Virus record (IMG/VR): IMGVR_UViG_3300031951_000093
Location: 1-64,000 of that record
Source: a virus
Direction: 5' to 3' (one strand)
DNA length: 64,000 nucleotides
The translations under genes and the position numbers were made by a program. This document shows positions 41,368 through 52,374 of this stretch, piece by piece (the first letter of the stretch is position 1; every line of letters starts with the position of its first letter). The notes beneath the pieces are model-generated. The model saw nothing but the letters and a program-made list of their open reading frames with translations, was not told where the DNA came from and ran no database searches.

Positions 41368-43398
41368 CGCCAAAAATCCCCGGCTGGGGCATTGCAAAGG
41401 CCATGATTATTGAGACACGTAAAGCGCCAGATGGACGCACGGAGGCTTGTATTTTGCCGCCAGAACATGAAGCACCTTTTTGGGTGGATTTGCAGCAGAT
41501 TGCGCAGTTTAGGGGGAGGTTCATATATGATGAGAAGGCATCTTTGGCTCAGGAGCCTGGCGACGATGATTCCAGCAAGGATTCAAATTAAGGATGGGGT
41601 TGTTCATAGAATGGATGAATTTATTTTATCGCTTGATATGCAGACGCCATGGGTTCGAGAAGTGTTTACTAAAGATCAGCTTGAATACTGCCGCATCACC
41701 AGAAAAGCCAGAGCAAAGAACAAGTCAATTCGCCCTAGGTTGATTGGAGGTTGATTATAGTGAGCCAAACAGGATGGAATCAACTTACTCAAGAGTGTCC
41801 AGAAATTTTGCAGCTAATGGCTGAACTTCCATTGCACATGAGACCTGGCATGATAAACGCTGTTTATGATGCAAAAAGAGGTGTCGAATTAAATGCGCTA
41901 TCTGATTGGCTTGTAAATTGGCTGTGTTTTTGCAATGCTCGCGACACAGAGTTATGCGCCAATGTTTACTCTCTTCTTGAGAAACTAGGAAAAGTATCTT
42001 CAACATGGCGCATTAAGAATTGATCATGGAAAATCTTTATGAAATGATTAAAGCCCTGGAGGCCAGGGTAGAAGAGCTGGAGTCTGCAAAAAGATTTGTA
42101 ACAACTGCTTCGAAGGATCCGCATCCTGGCGACAATGGCAATGCCCCCAATCGACTGGCTTTTATGAAGGATGAATTTCTTCCAGACCTTCCCAAGCCTT
42201 TTCCCGCCAATCTCAATGATCTCTACGACCCGACCTTCAGCGACGGATTGAGCCCGTCTGAGCACCTGGACCGCCTTTATGGCCACCGTGCGGCTCCACC
42301 GCACCCGGCAGAGGATCCAACCGACGACGAACTGTTGCGCGCCTATGACACCGCCAAGCGCAAGGACTACTACGAGGGCCTTCCCGGTGAAGGCTGGCAC
42401 TGGCGAGGCGAAAAGGAGGCAACTGTCTGCGGCCTTCGCGCGGTGATCGCCCGCTATGGCCGCCCTGCCCTTGAGCCCGTCACAAAAGGCAACAGACCAA
42501 TCTCAAAGATTAGTTCAATCTCAGAGATCAGGTCCTTCTATAACGAGGATGGCGAATGCTGGTGCTTTGAAAGGGCTGACGGGGAGTGGGATGTTCCAGC
42601 TTCCTGGCACTTACGCGTGCCATACCACGCTGATGAGTATTTTCTGCCGCATTATTATTTCCCGGTGCCAGGCAGCCATTCTCCTGACGCCACGAAAATG
42701 GCTGGGGAGGTGCAGCCATGAGCAACGCCACCAAACGCTGGCCCCTTGCCGACGCCGAGCACATCGCCGTCGGCAGCGAGCAACTGGGCGCCATTGCCGG
42801 CCCCGTGATGCAAGCGCCAATCCGTGAAGAGCTGAGGGCATTTGTCCACAGCCTGGAGCCATGGGCGACATGGTTAAAACCTGGCTCCTTGATTGAGGAT
42901 ATTGACCGCGATCTGGTCGATTTGATGATGGCCGCGTTGCAGCGGTTTGGCCGCCCCGCCTTCCATCCCATCCCGGTCTCCGAGCGGCTGCCGGGGCCTG
43001 ATGATTGCTGCCCCAACCCTCGCAATGGCCAAGGGCAATGGTGTTGGGGATGGGTGCAGCATGACCCGATCCTCTACGGCGGCCGTTGGCGAATGATGTG
43101 CCGCGAATGGCTCCTTGATGAGGCCCTGGCGTGGGCTCCATGGTGGGCGTTCCCTATACCAGGCAACCATTCTCCCGACGCCACGAAAATGGCTGGGGAA
43201 AACCACACACCACAAAGCTAGGAGGATCACATGACTGATTTTGAAGCGCAAGTGAAGGCCGCCGCCGAAAAGGCGGTGCTGCATTTCATCGAAAGCGGCG
43301 GATGGCTGCTGCCTAATTACCAAGGGCGGCTGAAGGTGCCCGAGGAGTGGATGGCCGAGTGTTGGAAGCTTGTGGACGCCGACAAAGTGCGCACCCAG

Positions 43399-43509
43399 AT
43401 AGCCCCGCTCGTAGAGCGCCTGAGCGCTGCGCATGGTGTCGCGGGCGGAGAGACGCAGCTTGCGGTTGGCCTCCTGCTGCAGGGTGCTGGTGGTGAACGG
43501 AGGCACCGG
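43399..43509 (-). pseudogene. topA: fragment of bacterial DNA topoisomerase I gene embedded antisense in a phage ORF
   Basis: Translates to [37 protein letters not shown], the conserved TopA segment before the catalytic Tyr; GC-rich; flanks unrelated. Confidence 0.85.
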
Positions 43510-45485
43510 GAAAGGCTTCGGGCGCTGGTGCGGGATCACATGGATTCCATAATGAAGGCCGGCCCCATGGCTAAACCGGAGGGCCAATCATGAGCCACCT
43601 TAAAATCCTCGCCGCAATCCTCTGCCCATGCGCCGCGATCCTTTGCCTATGGTGGTTAATCCACCGGCAGAATGGGGTGATCGAAAAACAAAAGGCTTCT
43701 ATTTCTGTGCTAGCTGAATTAATTAAAGATCATCGAAAAAAGCTGGCAGGTGCAGGCGTTTGCCGCTTTCATGCAATGCCGCAATGTGATGATTTGCTGC
43801 ATGGTAAATGCTGGCTCACGTGGCCAAACTGCAAGGGTTGGATATTTGACAGTCCAAGTGAATGCACCAATTGGAGTCACTGGCTGCCTTATTGGTTCAT
43901 TCCCCTGGTTACCGCGCCAACCGAGCCTCTCCGTCATGACAGCAAGCCCGCAAAGCCTTGGGAGGGCCAGCCATGACCACCTGCAACACCTGCAACAACA
44001 CCATCCCAGACCCCGCTGAGGAATGGCCCGACGGCAATGGCGGCACCATCTGCCAGGAGTGCTGGGAGACTGAGTCTTCCCGGATGTGGTGGGCGGCGGT
44101 GATCCCCCTCGATCAAGCGGATGCGCTGGGGGCGAGTGGAACGGCGGCGTGGGAGGGGCAACCATGCTCGCCCTAAGCGTCATGCCGTTGGGCTGATCGT
44201 TGCTCCTGCGGTCCGCCAGAGCCGCGCCCAATCTGGCATCATTCCATCACATCCACACCCCATGCCCACCCTCAGATTTGAAGGCTACAGCGACGACACG
44301 TTCGGTGAATACGCTCACACGAACAATGACTACGACAACTGCGCCAGTGGCGAGTCGATCGAGTTTCTTGTGGAAGATCCGTCAACAGGCTTTGCCTTAA
44401 TTGTGACTGGACAACATTGCCCTGGCAACTCTTTTGGCTGGTTGATTGGTGTTTCAAATGGAAATACAAAGTTGCCATTTCCGAGTTGGCCGATGAAATT
44501 TCAGCCACAAAAATTTCAGCCACAAGAAGAACCCTTCTTTGCTGATCCATGTTTAGTAATTGAAGCACCCGACGGCGTGCTTTTGCGCTGCCTGACCAGG
44601 GAAGTGGCAGCAATCCACCACCAATAGGAGGTAATTAAATGGCCGCCACCGATTTAATACGACTACAAGGCGCCAACGCGCGCGCGGCTGGTGTTGATTA
44701 TTTTTCAAATCCCTTCACGTCATTAGATCGGGTTCCGCCGCAACTGGGGAGGACATTGGCGATTGGGCCGCCAAAGTTAGGGCTTGGTGGGATGGGTGGG
44801 AAGTCGAAGACTTTTTAAGGCACGATTAATTAGCGGCTCGTCATGGCAAGCAATATGGTGTTTATTTGTGTCCACATTGTGATGGCACACATTTAACTAC
44901 CAAACTTGAAAATGCTGATTTATACGAGCCGTTACTTTATGTAACATCTTGAGCAGTGTTACGGATTGTTTCAACGCCAGCCATCAGCAGACTTGATGGC
45001 TGATAATTAGTTCACGGGGCAGAGATGCTCCACAATCTTGGCCCCCAATTCAATGAACTCCCCTCAATTAGTCTTTATTCACAACGGATACTGGTATTCA
45101 TACTACGAACCTAACGACATGAAAGAAGTTGTACTGTGGACAAGATATAAACTTAAGCCCGTTAGCGGCGAGAGCGTGCCGGTGAATGGTAGGCACAAAG
45201 CAATTGTCATTGATAGTAATATCTTAAGAATCATATCTGGCGGAGAATGGTACGGAGAATCAGTAATAAACTCTAATTTGAGTGATTTTAAGTTTGAATT
45301 TGATGATCAATACCATGATGACTTCAAGGCTGGCGCAACAAGAGGATTCACTGGCAAACGCGCATGTCATCGTGATTTTTATTATCGCCAGTGTGATGAC
45401 TGGAGATCTGGATATGATGAGGGCCGCAGAGCACGCCTAGCAGCGATTGAAAAGGCTAAGCTGCCCTTTTGATGATAAAATCTAA

Positions 45486-45595
45486 CCCTTGGTCGTCCCA
45501 TCATCCGTAAGGGGGGAGCCGTGGCTGTTTTTTGGGGGCAGCCTGGAACGGTATCGAAGGCCAAGGGCGCCGCAGGGCACCGCCCGCTCTGCGGC
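45486..45595 (+). ncRNA. candidate structured RNA upstream of tRNA-Thr
   Basis: CCCTTGGTC/GGCCAAGGG closing stem, two inner hairpins, then a 10-bp hairpin; GC-rich intergenic DNA. Confidence 0.45.
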
Positions 45596-45598
45596 TTC

Positions 45599-45671
45599 GC
45601 CGATTTAGCTCAGTTGGTAGAGCAGCGCTTTTGTAAGGCGCTTGTCGCCGGTTCGATTCCGGCAATCGGCT
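45599..45671 (+). tRNA. tRNA-Thr (TGT)
   Basis: GCCGATT/AATCGGC acceptor stem, AGCTCAGTTGGTAGAGC D-arm, TT-TGT-AA loop, GGTTCGATTCC T-arm. Confidence 0.92.
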
Positions 45672-45793
45672 TTGTATCAAGATGAACAGTTGGTGAGTTT
45701 GTTTCAAATTGTTACGACTGGCTTGTGAGTTGCCATCTATGCCCTATGGTGAGTTCACAGGGGCAGAGATGCCCCACCACCCCAATTTTAATC

Positions 45794-46039
45794 ATGACCC
45801 GCCCTGTTCTTTTTTTAACCGGTAACATCACTAATATCACTACTACTAACTACGAAAGCGGCACTTGCTGCACTAAATTTACACTTGAATGCACTGCTGG
45901 ATGCTGGGCTGGAATGCCGGTTCCTTGTGAAGCATGGGGCAAATTAGCCAGTGATGTAGCACAACTTACTTCCGCTTTGTTTGTCGGAGAATTGATGCTT
46001 GGCAGCACGCTATTGATTTCTGAATGGTTTGCTGACTAG
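45794..46039 (+). CDS. small SSB-like OB-fold protein
   Basis: LFLTGNI...TKFTL...VPCEAWGKLA resembles the SSB core; no acidic tail. Confidence 0.45.
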   Translation: MTRPVLFLTGNITNITTTNYESGTCCTKFTLECTAGCWAGMPVPCEAWGKLASDVAQLTSALFVGELMLGSTLLISEWFAD

Positions 46040-46059
46040 CACACTTGCAAACATGCTTT

Positions 46060-46185
46060 GCCCCGGCCGATCCGGGGCTTTTTTATGTCTATGCAGAAGT
46101 GTTACAGGTTGTGACAATCCTGTTTCAATCCTTTCTCTGTTAGGCCTGTTGGGTTATAATACGAGCACAGGGGCAGAGATGCCCC
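46060..46185 (+). promoter_or_regulatory. terminator + early promoter + GAGA leader hairpin cassette
   Basis: GCCCCGG/CCGGGGC followed by T6; GTTACA 46101, GTGACA 46111; TATAAT 46155; GGGGCA-GAGA-TGCCCC. Confidence 0.8.
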
Positions 46186-46560
46186 ACCACCCCAATTTTA
46201 AAAATGGCTCGCATCACCATTGCCACCATCAAGCCCGGAACTGTGATTGAAGTTGGTTATCGCGGCAAAAGCATGGGGCCTTCTGAGTTTCTTGGCTTCG
46301 GCACGGATGACGAAACCGCATCGTTTGCATCTTTAGCTCAACTCAGGTGCAATGTTGCAGATGAAGATGCTCACCGTGCGATCTTTCGAGACGTGAAAGA
46401 TGGGTCCACCTGGGCGGCTTATAGGCTCAACAAACGTTGGGTCGTGGGCACATCTGCGGATTACCTGCAGTTTTTTGCTTGACTTATTTGTTTTGTGATA
46501 CGCATTGCTCCGGTCAATCCGGGGCTTTTTAATGTAGGATACAGGCGTTGCATTCGCTCA

Positions 46561-47178
46561 GTGCTTAAAAACGATCGCTGGATCAGGGAGCAAGCCGCCC
46601 AAGGGATGATCGAGCCGTTCGCGCCGGAGCTGGTGCGGGAGGTGGAACTGGTGGAGCCCGGCCATGCTCCGTTTGGTCACAGGCAGCGCCCCGTCCTCTC
46701 CTACGGAACTGGCTCTTACGGCTACGACCTACGGCTCTCGCCGAGAGAGTTCCTGATCTTCCGGCATGTGCCGGGAACCGTCATGAATCCCAAGCGCTTC
46801 AATCCGGCGAACCTTGAGCCCGTTGACCTGCACCATGATGAGGATGGCGCGTATTTCATCCTGCCCGCTCACTCCTATGGGCTGGGTGTGGCGCTAGAAA
46901 GGCTGCGTGTGCCGTCCAATATCACGGTAATCTGCCTAGGAAAGAGCACCTACGCACGGCTGGGGATCATCACAAATATGACACCTGCTGAAGCTAGTTG
47001 GGAGGGGCATTTAACGCTTGAATTCTCTAACTCATCTGGCGCAGATTGTCGAGTTTACGCGGAGGAGGGCATCTGCCAACTTCTATTCTTTGAAGGTGAT
47101 CCGTGTGATACTACCTATCAAGATCGCAAGGGAAAATATCAGCACCAGCCTGAGCGCGTCATTATTGCAAGGGTCTAA
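46561..47178 (+). CDS. dcd: dCTP deaminase
   Basis: MLKNDRWI, SYGYDLRL, GKSTYARLG, EASWEGHLTLE, EGICQLLF and Y.DRKGKYQ. Confidence 0.93.
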   Translation: MLKNDRWIREQAAQGMIEPFAPELVREVELVEPGHAPFGHRQRPVLSYGTGSYGYDLRLSPREFLIFRHVPGTVMNPKRFNPANLEPVDLHHDEDGAYFILPAHSYGLGVALERLRVPSNITVICLGKSTYARLGIITNMTPAEASWEGHLTLEFSNSSGADCRVYAEEGICQLLFFEGDPCDTTYQDRKGKYQHQPERVIIARV

Positions 47179-48072
47179 TGCAACAAATCAAAATGAAGAA
47201 AGCAATCAACAAGCGTAAGATTGCTTCATCCGCCAGGCGTGATCCTGGTACGTTGATTCAATTTGGGGCATATATTTTCCCAATCAATGATATAGCAAGA
47301 ATTGAGGATAAAGTTAAAAAATTGTACGATCATGAATCGGATCAGCAGATAGGGTGGACATTTTCTGTCGTATTGAAAAATGGTGATATTTTATTGTGGG
47401 AAATTGACGAAAGAGACTATGACGACCAAGAAGCTTTGATGGATTATTATACTCAATCGAAGGAGTACGCCGAAGCATTACGAATTGCAACAATTCAGCT
47501 TGTGTGGGGATCAGACGTTACAATAGTGAGGCCCGAAGACACTATCCATGACGACTCCGTTTGATTCTCTGGTCTCTGTTTATGGGGACATATTTCCGCT
47601 GAAGGATATTCAGCGCGTTGGGCCGTTGTATTGGGTGATAACAGAATCATGTCCGGCAGTTATTCAGTACGAAATCCATCTCTGCACTGGGGAGATTGCT
47701 GTGATTAGATACAATACAGGTCAATATATTAAAAATATGATGGACTGGAATCAAGTAGAACAAGGTCGTCAACAGATCATTGATGCACGCTGGCCAACGA
47801 TGCACAAAATTGTTATCCCGGATCCAGCGATAGAGAGGCAAGGTGATGACTGTTAAATCTATGCCAATCTGGCTTGAAGCCTACATAGCGGCAGAAAAAG
47901 AAAAATTTAATAAGTTTTCAAAAGCCATAAAGCCACGTACGAGAAAGTATTACTTGCTGAAAATTTCTTGTTCATTGATAGCTATTGGATCTAGCGATAG
48001 GGAGGCAAGGCGAGGTATTGAGACGAGCCAATAATGAAATGTCTTAATTCTTAACCACGACTCACTAACCCC

Positions 48073-48900
48073 ATGGGCGACTCAAGCGGCCTTCCCGCAA
48101 AAGCAGTCTTCATCCGACAGCTATCCGGTCCTTTAGCAAAAGAATGGAATGCCTGTAAACAAAGCGACAGCCTATGTTTATACTACGAAATTGATGGACT
48201 GCGACGCATTCTTCATGATTTATCCCACCCAGATGCGATCAACTACCGGGAGCTTGCTGGTGATCGTTATGTTCCACTTGGATCCATGCAATTTGTACCA
48301 TTTGGATCTGTTGAGTTTACGCAAGAATACTGTAAGCAAATGGGCATTGTTTTGCCTCCCAACTTTTCTTATGGTGTGCATCCTGGTCAACTGGATGAGT
48401 TTTTATTGCGCAGGGTAACAAGACATCCTTATGATGATGTTGCAAACGATAGATTCATTAAACCAGTCAAACTTAAGTTGTTTGATGCTGGAAAAAAGGC
48501 AGATATTACAAATAGTGCTTATCATATTAACCCAGATGTGTGGGCTTCAAAATTTGTACAGCTTGGGGCAGAATTTAGGTACTATATTCATAAAGGTAAA
48601 ATACTAGGATGGTGCCGATATGATGCTTTGAACGAAGACTACCCTGATCCTGATCATAAGCTAGTTGAAGCCATTGTAAGTAAAATTAACGCAACAAGCG
48701 ACGCAGTGCCTATCGCTTATTCTGTTGATATTGGGTACAGAGTAGACCTTGATCGCTATTGCCTGGTTGAGATGAATGATTTTTGGTCGCTTGGATGGTA
48801 TACCTATAAAGATTCGCAATCAAAGCCGATCACAGCAGAGCAATATGCTCAAGCGGTGGTTGATCGGTGGTTGCAGATCTCTACTCCATTAATCCCATGA
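48073..48900 (+). CDS. ATP-grasp domain protein (DUF4343/R2K type)
   Basis: PFGSVEF, FIKP..KLF, EFRYYI, YSVDIG and LVEMNDFWSLGWY. Confidence 0.75.
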   Translation: MGDSSGLPAKAVFIRQLSGPLAKEWNACKQSDSLCLYYEIDGLRRILHDLSHPDAINYRELAGDRYVPLGSMQFVPFGSVEFTQEYCKQMGIVLPPNFSYGVHPGQLDEFLLRRVTRHPYDDVANDRFIKPVKLKLFDAGKKADITNSAYHINPDVWASKFVQLGAEFRYYIHKGKILGWCRYDALNEDYPDPDHKLVEAIVSKINATSDAVPIAYSVDIGYRVDLDRYCLVEMNDFWSLGWYTYKDSQSKPITAEQYAQAVVDRWLQISTPLIP

Positions 48901-49792
48901 ACATTCTTCACGTTTCCCGTCAGACCTACAGCGAAGTGGTGATCAGGCGTGTAGACTGCCCTACGTGCAAGCGCATTAGGTTTATGGTCATCACACATGC
49001 GCCATGGTATGATACAGACCGCACCTGTCTTCGATGCGGCGAACGATGGGACGTGGATGGCACCAGGGCCGATAGGCCATTTGAACGCGGATGGCGCAAA
49101 AAATCAATCCAAGCCGCCAAAGATCTTTACCGCAAGTATCATCCAAAAACAACTCACAACCGCAACTCAATTCATCAAGGACAAACAAAATGAAACCATT
49201 TGACTATTATTCCAAGCCACAGACGTCATTTAAAAAGCATCGGGACAGGCATAACGAAGAATCATGCAGACTTCATCAGCAATTTATATCTGATCTTTAT
49301 GCTGAATTTGATGTCAGCGACCATCCCAAAAAAGGCGAGGTGTTTGGCCTTGCGTGGGAGTATGGACATGCGGGTGGACACGAGAATGTCTATAATTATT
49401 TTGTGGATTTAGTTGAACTTATTAAAGATTGATCATGCCATTCTTTGCCCCAAATCACGCTATCATTGAAGCTATTGAATATGACGGCACACCGCAATGC
49501 GCGAGCGAAATTGCTAAATGGGCCAAGCCTCAAATTGTTAGGCCGGGGATCTCAGTTAGCTTTGCCGATAGCAAGCTTTTTGTGCTTTATTTTGATCGCG
49601 CCCAGTCAATGACTGACGCGCGAGAGATTAGCAAGGGTGACTATATTGCTATTGAACATGGAAGGCCTATTGTAATTTCTGGCGAAGAATTCAAATCCGA
49701 ATACGAGCTTGTTCCTTTGCTGGATGATTGACTAAGAATCATAGCAATTAGGCCGCGATTAGTGCTACAATTAAGGCGTGTCTTAGGTCTTT

Positions 49793-51445
49793 ATGAGTTC
49801 GTTTCCGCGCATAGACATGCTGTCAGTTGCCGCAAGGGATGCCTATGATGGCTTCTCCTTGCTTGGCGTGCTCGAAACACAACATCGAATAGAGACAGCA
49901 AGATCCGCTGAAGTTGAGCCTTATGCCGAATCGTTTAGGACGTATATTAAAACATCTTATCCAAGGTTTCCATTTACAAAGCACACAAATAGACTGATTG
50001 ATATTGCCCAGCGTGTTGCCGATGGTGATCTGCCTAGGCTTATGGTGGAACTCCCGCCTAGGCATTGGAAATCTACGATATTTTCTAGATTTTTGCCTGG
50101 TTATTGCATTAGAAGGTTTCCTGACCGTAGCGCTGGTATTTGTTGTCATACACAAGATCTTGCGACAGGATTTAGTGAGAATGCACGGGATTATTTTGTA
50201 GCATCTGGAGGGATCCTGCGGGCTTCCCTGCGTGGCAAGGAAGAGTGGGGACCCGATGATGGGATCGGGAGCTGCTGGACTGCTGGGGTCGGCAAGGGTA
50301 CGGGCAAACCGGGTCATTTTTTGTTTGTGGATGATCCGATCAAATCCAGGGAGCAGGCAGAATCAGCGGCATATCGGCGGCAGATTCACTCATGGTGGGA
50401 TTCGGTGCTGAGCACACGAGAGGAGCCTGGTAGCTCAATGGTGATTGTTCATACTAGATGGCATGAATATGATCTAATTGGCTACTTGCTGGAGAAGAAT
50501 TTAGAACTTGAAAAAGAAGGTCTTGAAACCGAATGTGAGCGCTGGCATGTTATATCGCTACCCATTGAAGCATTGCCCGCGAATGATATTAAGCCATTGC
50601 CTTCTAGTGTAACGAGAGAGATTGATTCAAGAAATGTTGGAGAACCGCTAGATCCCGATAGATTTGGTCAAAAGTTTATCAAAAGGAAGCGTGCAAACAC
50701 TCCTCCGAGGGACTGGGAGGCAATCTATCAGCAGAGGCCAAGCGCTGGCGCGGGTACCGTATTCTTCAAAGATCGCCTCGCCTTCTATAGCTGTGATCAC
50801 TGGAGAGGATTAGAAGGTGACCCAATCCTGCCACAACAATTTATCCGTAAGATTCTATCTGTAGATTGCACATTTGATGATACAGCAGGTAGCGATATGG
50901 TCGCTATGGGATTATATGGGCAGACTGAGCATGGCTTATGGAAGTTAGATCTTGTCAACGAAAGATTAGACTTTCCAAAGACCTTAAATATGATCAAAAC
51001 ACTTTACAAAAAGCATTATTTTAATGAGTTGTTGATTGAGAAGAAAGCTAATGGCGCTGGCATCATCAAGATGCTCGAATCTGAGCAGTCCCATGGCTTC
51101 CGGGTGGTTGCTGCTGGCGTCGGAGAGATGGGCTCGAAAGAGGGCCGGGCTAATGCTGCCAGTGTAGAAGTAAATAGCGGCCGCGTGCTGTTGCCAAGGT
51201 CAGCTCCGTGGACAAATGAGTGCATAGATCAGCTCACTAAGTTCCCATCTGGTGTACATGATGATATTGTGGATGAAGTAAGCCAGGTTGTGATTTATGT
51301 CACTGGAAGTGGGCCATTGAAGTTTGAAACCGTAAGTTGGGGATATGGCGTAGCAATGATACCAGGAAGTGGCGGAAATAGCCATGGAATAGGATATAAT
51401 CAAGCTGCCATGATTGGCGCTCAAAATGGAGTTTACAGCCGATGA
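49793..51445 (+). CDS. terL: terminase large subunit
   Basis: LMVELPPRHWKS (Walker A), FLFVDDPIK (Walker B), TRWH..DL, YQQRP, IEKKANG and FP.GVHDDIVD. Confidence 0.93.
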   Translation: MSSFPRIDMLSVAARDAYDGFSLLGVLETQHRIETARSAEVEPYAESFRTYIKTSYPRFPFTKHTNRLIDIAQRVADGDLPRLMVELPPRHWKSTIFSRFLPGYCIRRFPDRSAGICCHTQDLATGFSENARDYFVASGGILRASLRGKEEWGPDDGIGSCWTAGVGKGTGKPGHFLFVDDPIKSREQAESAAYRRQIHSWWDSVLSTREEPGSSMVIVHTRWHEYDLIGYLLEKNLELEKEGLETECERWHVISLPIEALPANDIKPLPSSVTREIDSRNVGEPLDPDRFGQKFIKRKRANTPPRDWEAIYQQRPSAGAGTVFFKDRLAFYSCDHWRGLEGDPILPQQFIRKILSVDCTFDDTAGSDMVAMGLYGQTEHGLWKLDLVNERLDFPKTLNMIKTLYKKHYFNELLIEKKANGAGIIKMLESEQSHGFRVVAAGVGEMGSKEGRANAASVEVNSGRVLLPRSAPWTNECIDQLTKFPSGVHDDIVDEVSQVVIYVTGSGPLKFETVSWGYGVAMIPGSGGNSHGIGYNQAAMIGAQNGVYSR

Positions 51446-52332
51446 ATCGCCAGTCAACGCAAACACCTAAGGCTGTTGGTGCTCGAAGCACTAAAGTTCG
51501 AGCGGTTAATCATGAAAAGACCGAAGTCAAGACCAAGATTGGATCGCCAACAGAATATAGCGAACAGCTTGCGATAGACAATATCAAGCTAGCACAGAAA
51601 CACGCTCATGTGATGTCAATACGAACAAAGATGCCCTATGAAGACTTATATCAAGTTGCGTTGATTGGCCTGATTAAGGCTTGTCGTAAATATGATCCAT
51701 CCAAGGTTAATCCTGACAATGGCAAGCCATATAAGCTAAGCACAATTGCCGTGCCATTTATTGATGGTGCGATGTATCAATACCTAAGGGATCGTGGCCA
51801 TAGCACAGGCGTCAAGTTTCCTGACCGATGGAGAGATAAGGCTAGTATTGTCCGTAAGATGTCTGCGAATGGATCCTGTGTTGAAGATATTGCAACCGCA
51901 ACTAACTTACGAGCTGATGAAGTAAATGAAATCCTAACAGCACAAAGCGCACCAGTTGCGCTAGATCCAGAAATCAAGCTGTATTCAAATAGCATTGATG
52001 ATAGCGAATATGAAGACTTTTATGAGCTGATACAAGCGCTAGCAATCGTAGATCGAGCACATGCCGCAATATCAACAATTGATCAAGGATTGCTGGAAGC
52101 AGCATGGAATCATCAGCGCCGTAGGCAGATTGCAACCGGGCCATTTTTTCAATTTATGCAACGCGCCAAGAAGGTGTTGTCTGGTGTTTCGATTGTAATT
52201 GAAAAGCAAATTGATTTGTCTATTGAAGTCAAAACAGAAGAAAACCTGACGCCCATGTCATCAGGCAGGCGCAGGGTATCAGATCCGAAAGAAATAATAG
52301 ATACTGTAATGAGCCAGCTAGACCTATTTTAA
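51442..52332 (+). CDS. phage-encoded sigma-70 family (SigF/SigB-like) sigma factor
   Basis: YEDLYQVALIGLIKACRKYDP, LSTIAVPFIDGAMYQYLRD region 2, plus a region-3 HTH. Confidence 0.85.
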   Translation: MNRQSTQTPKAVGARSTKVRAVNHEKTEVKTKIGSPTEYSEQLAIDNIKLAQKHAHVMSIRTKMPYEDLYQVALIGLIKACRKYDPSKVNPDNGKPYKLSTIAVPFIDGAMYQYLRDRGHSTGVKFPDRWRDKASIVRKMSANGSCVEDIATATNLRADEVNEILTAQSAPVALDPEIKLYSNSIDDSEYEDFYELIQALAIVDRAHAAISTIDQGLLEAAWNHQRRRQIATGPFFQFMQRAKKVLSGVSIVIEKQIDLSIEVKTEENLTPMSSGRRRVSDPKEIIDTVMSQLDLF

Positions 52333-52339
52333 CTCTTAA

Positions 52340-52349
52340 CGGGAAAACT
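52340..52349 (+). promoter_or_regulatory. putative late promoter motif CGGGAAAACT
   Basis: Directly upstream of the portal gene. Confidence 0.65.
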
Positions 52350-52374
52350 AGCCTAGCATATATGGTAGATAACG

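Noticed and set aside
42874-43587. 237-aa minus-strand ORF as a topoisomerase I gene
   Set aside because: Only about 37 codons resemble TopA. The rest is the antisense of plus-strand phage genes, and the catalytic Tyr motif and TOPRIM domain are absent.
45599-45671. tRNA as attP or prophage boundary
   Set aside because: No duplicated tRNA 3' end, integrase or flanking host genes in the window.
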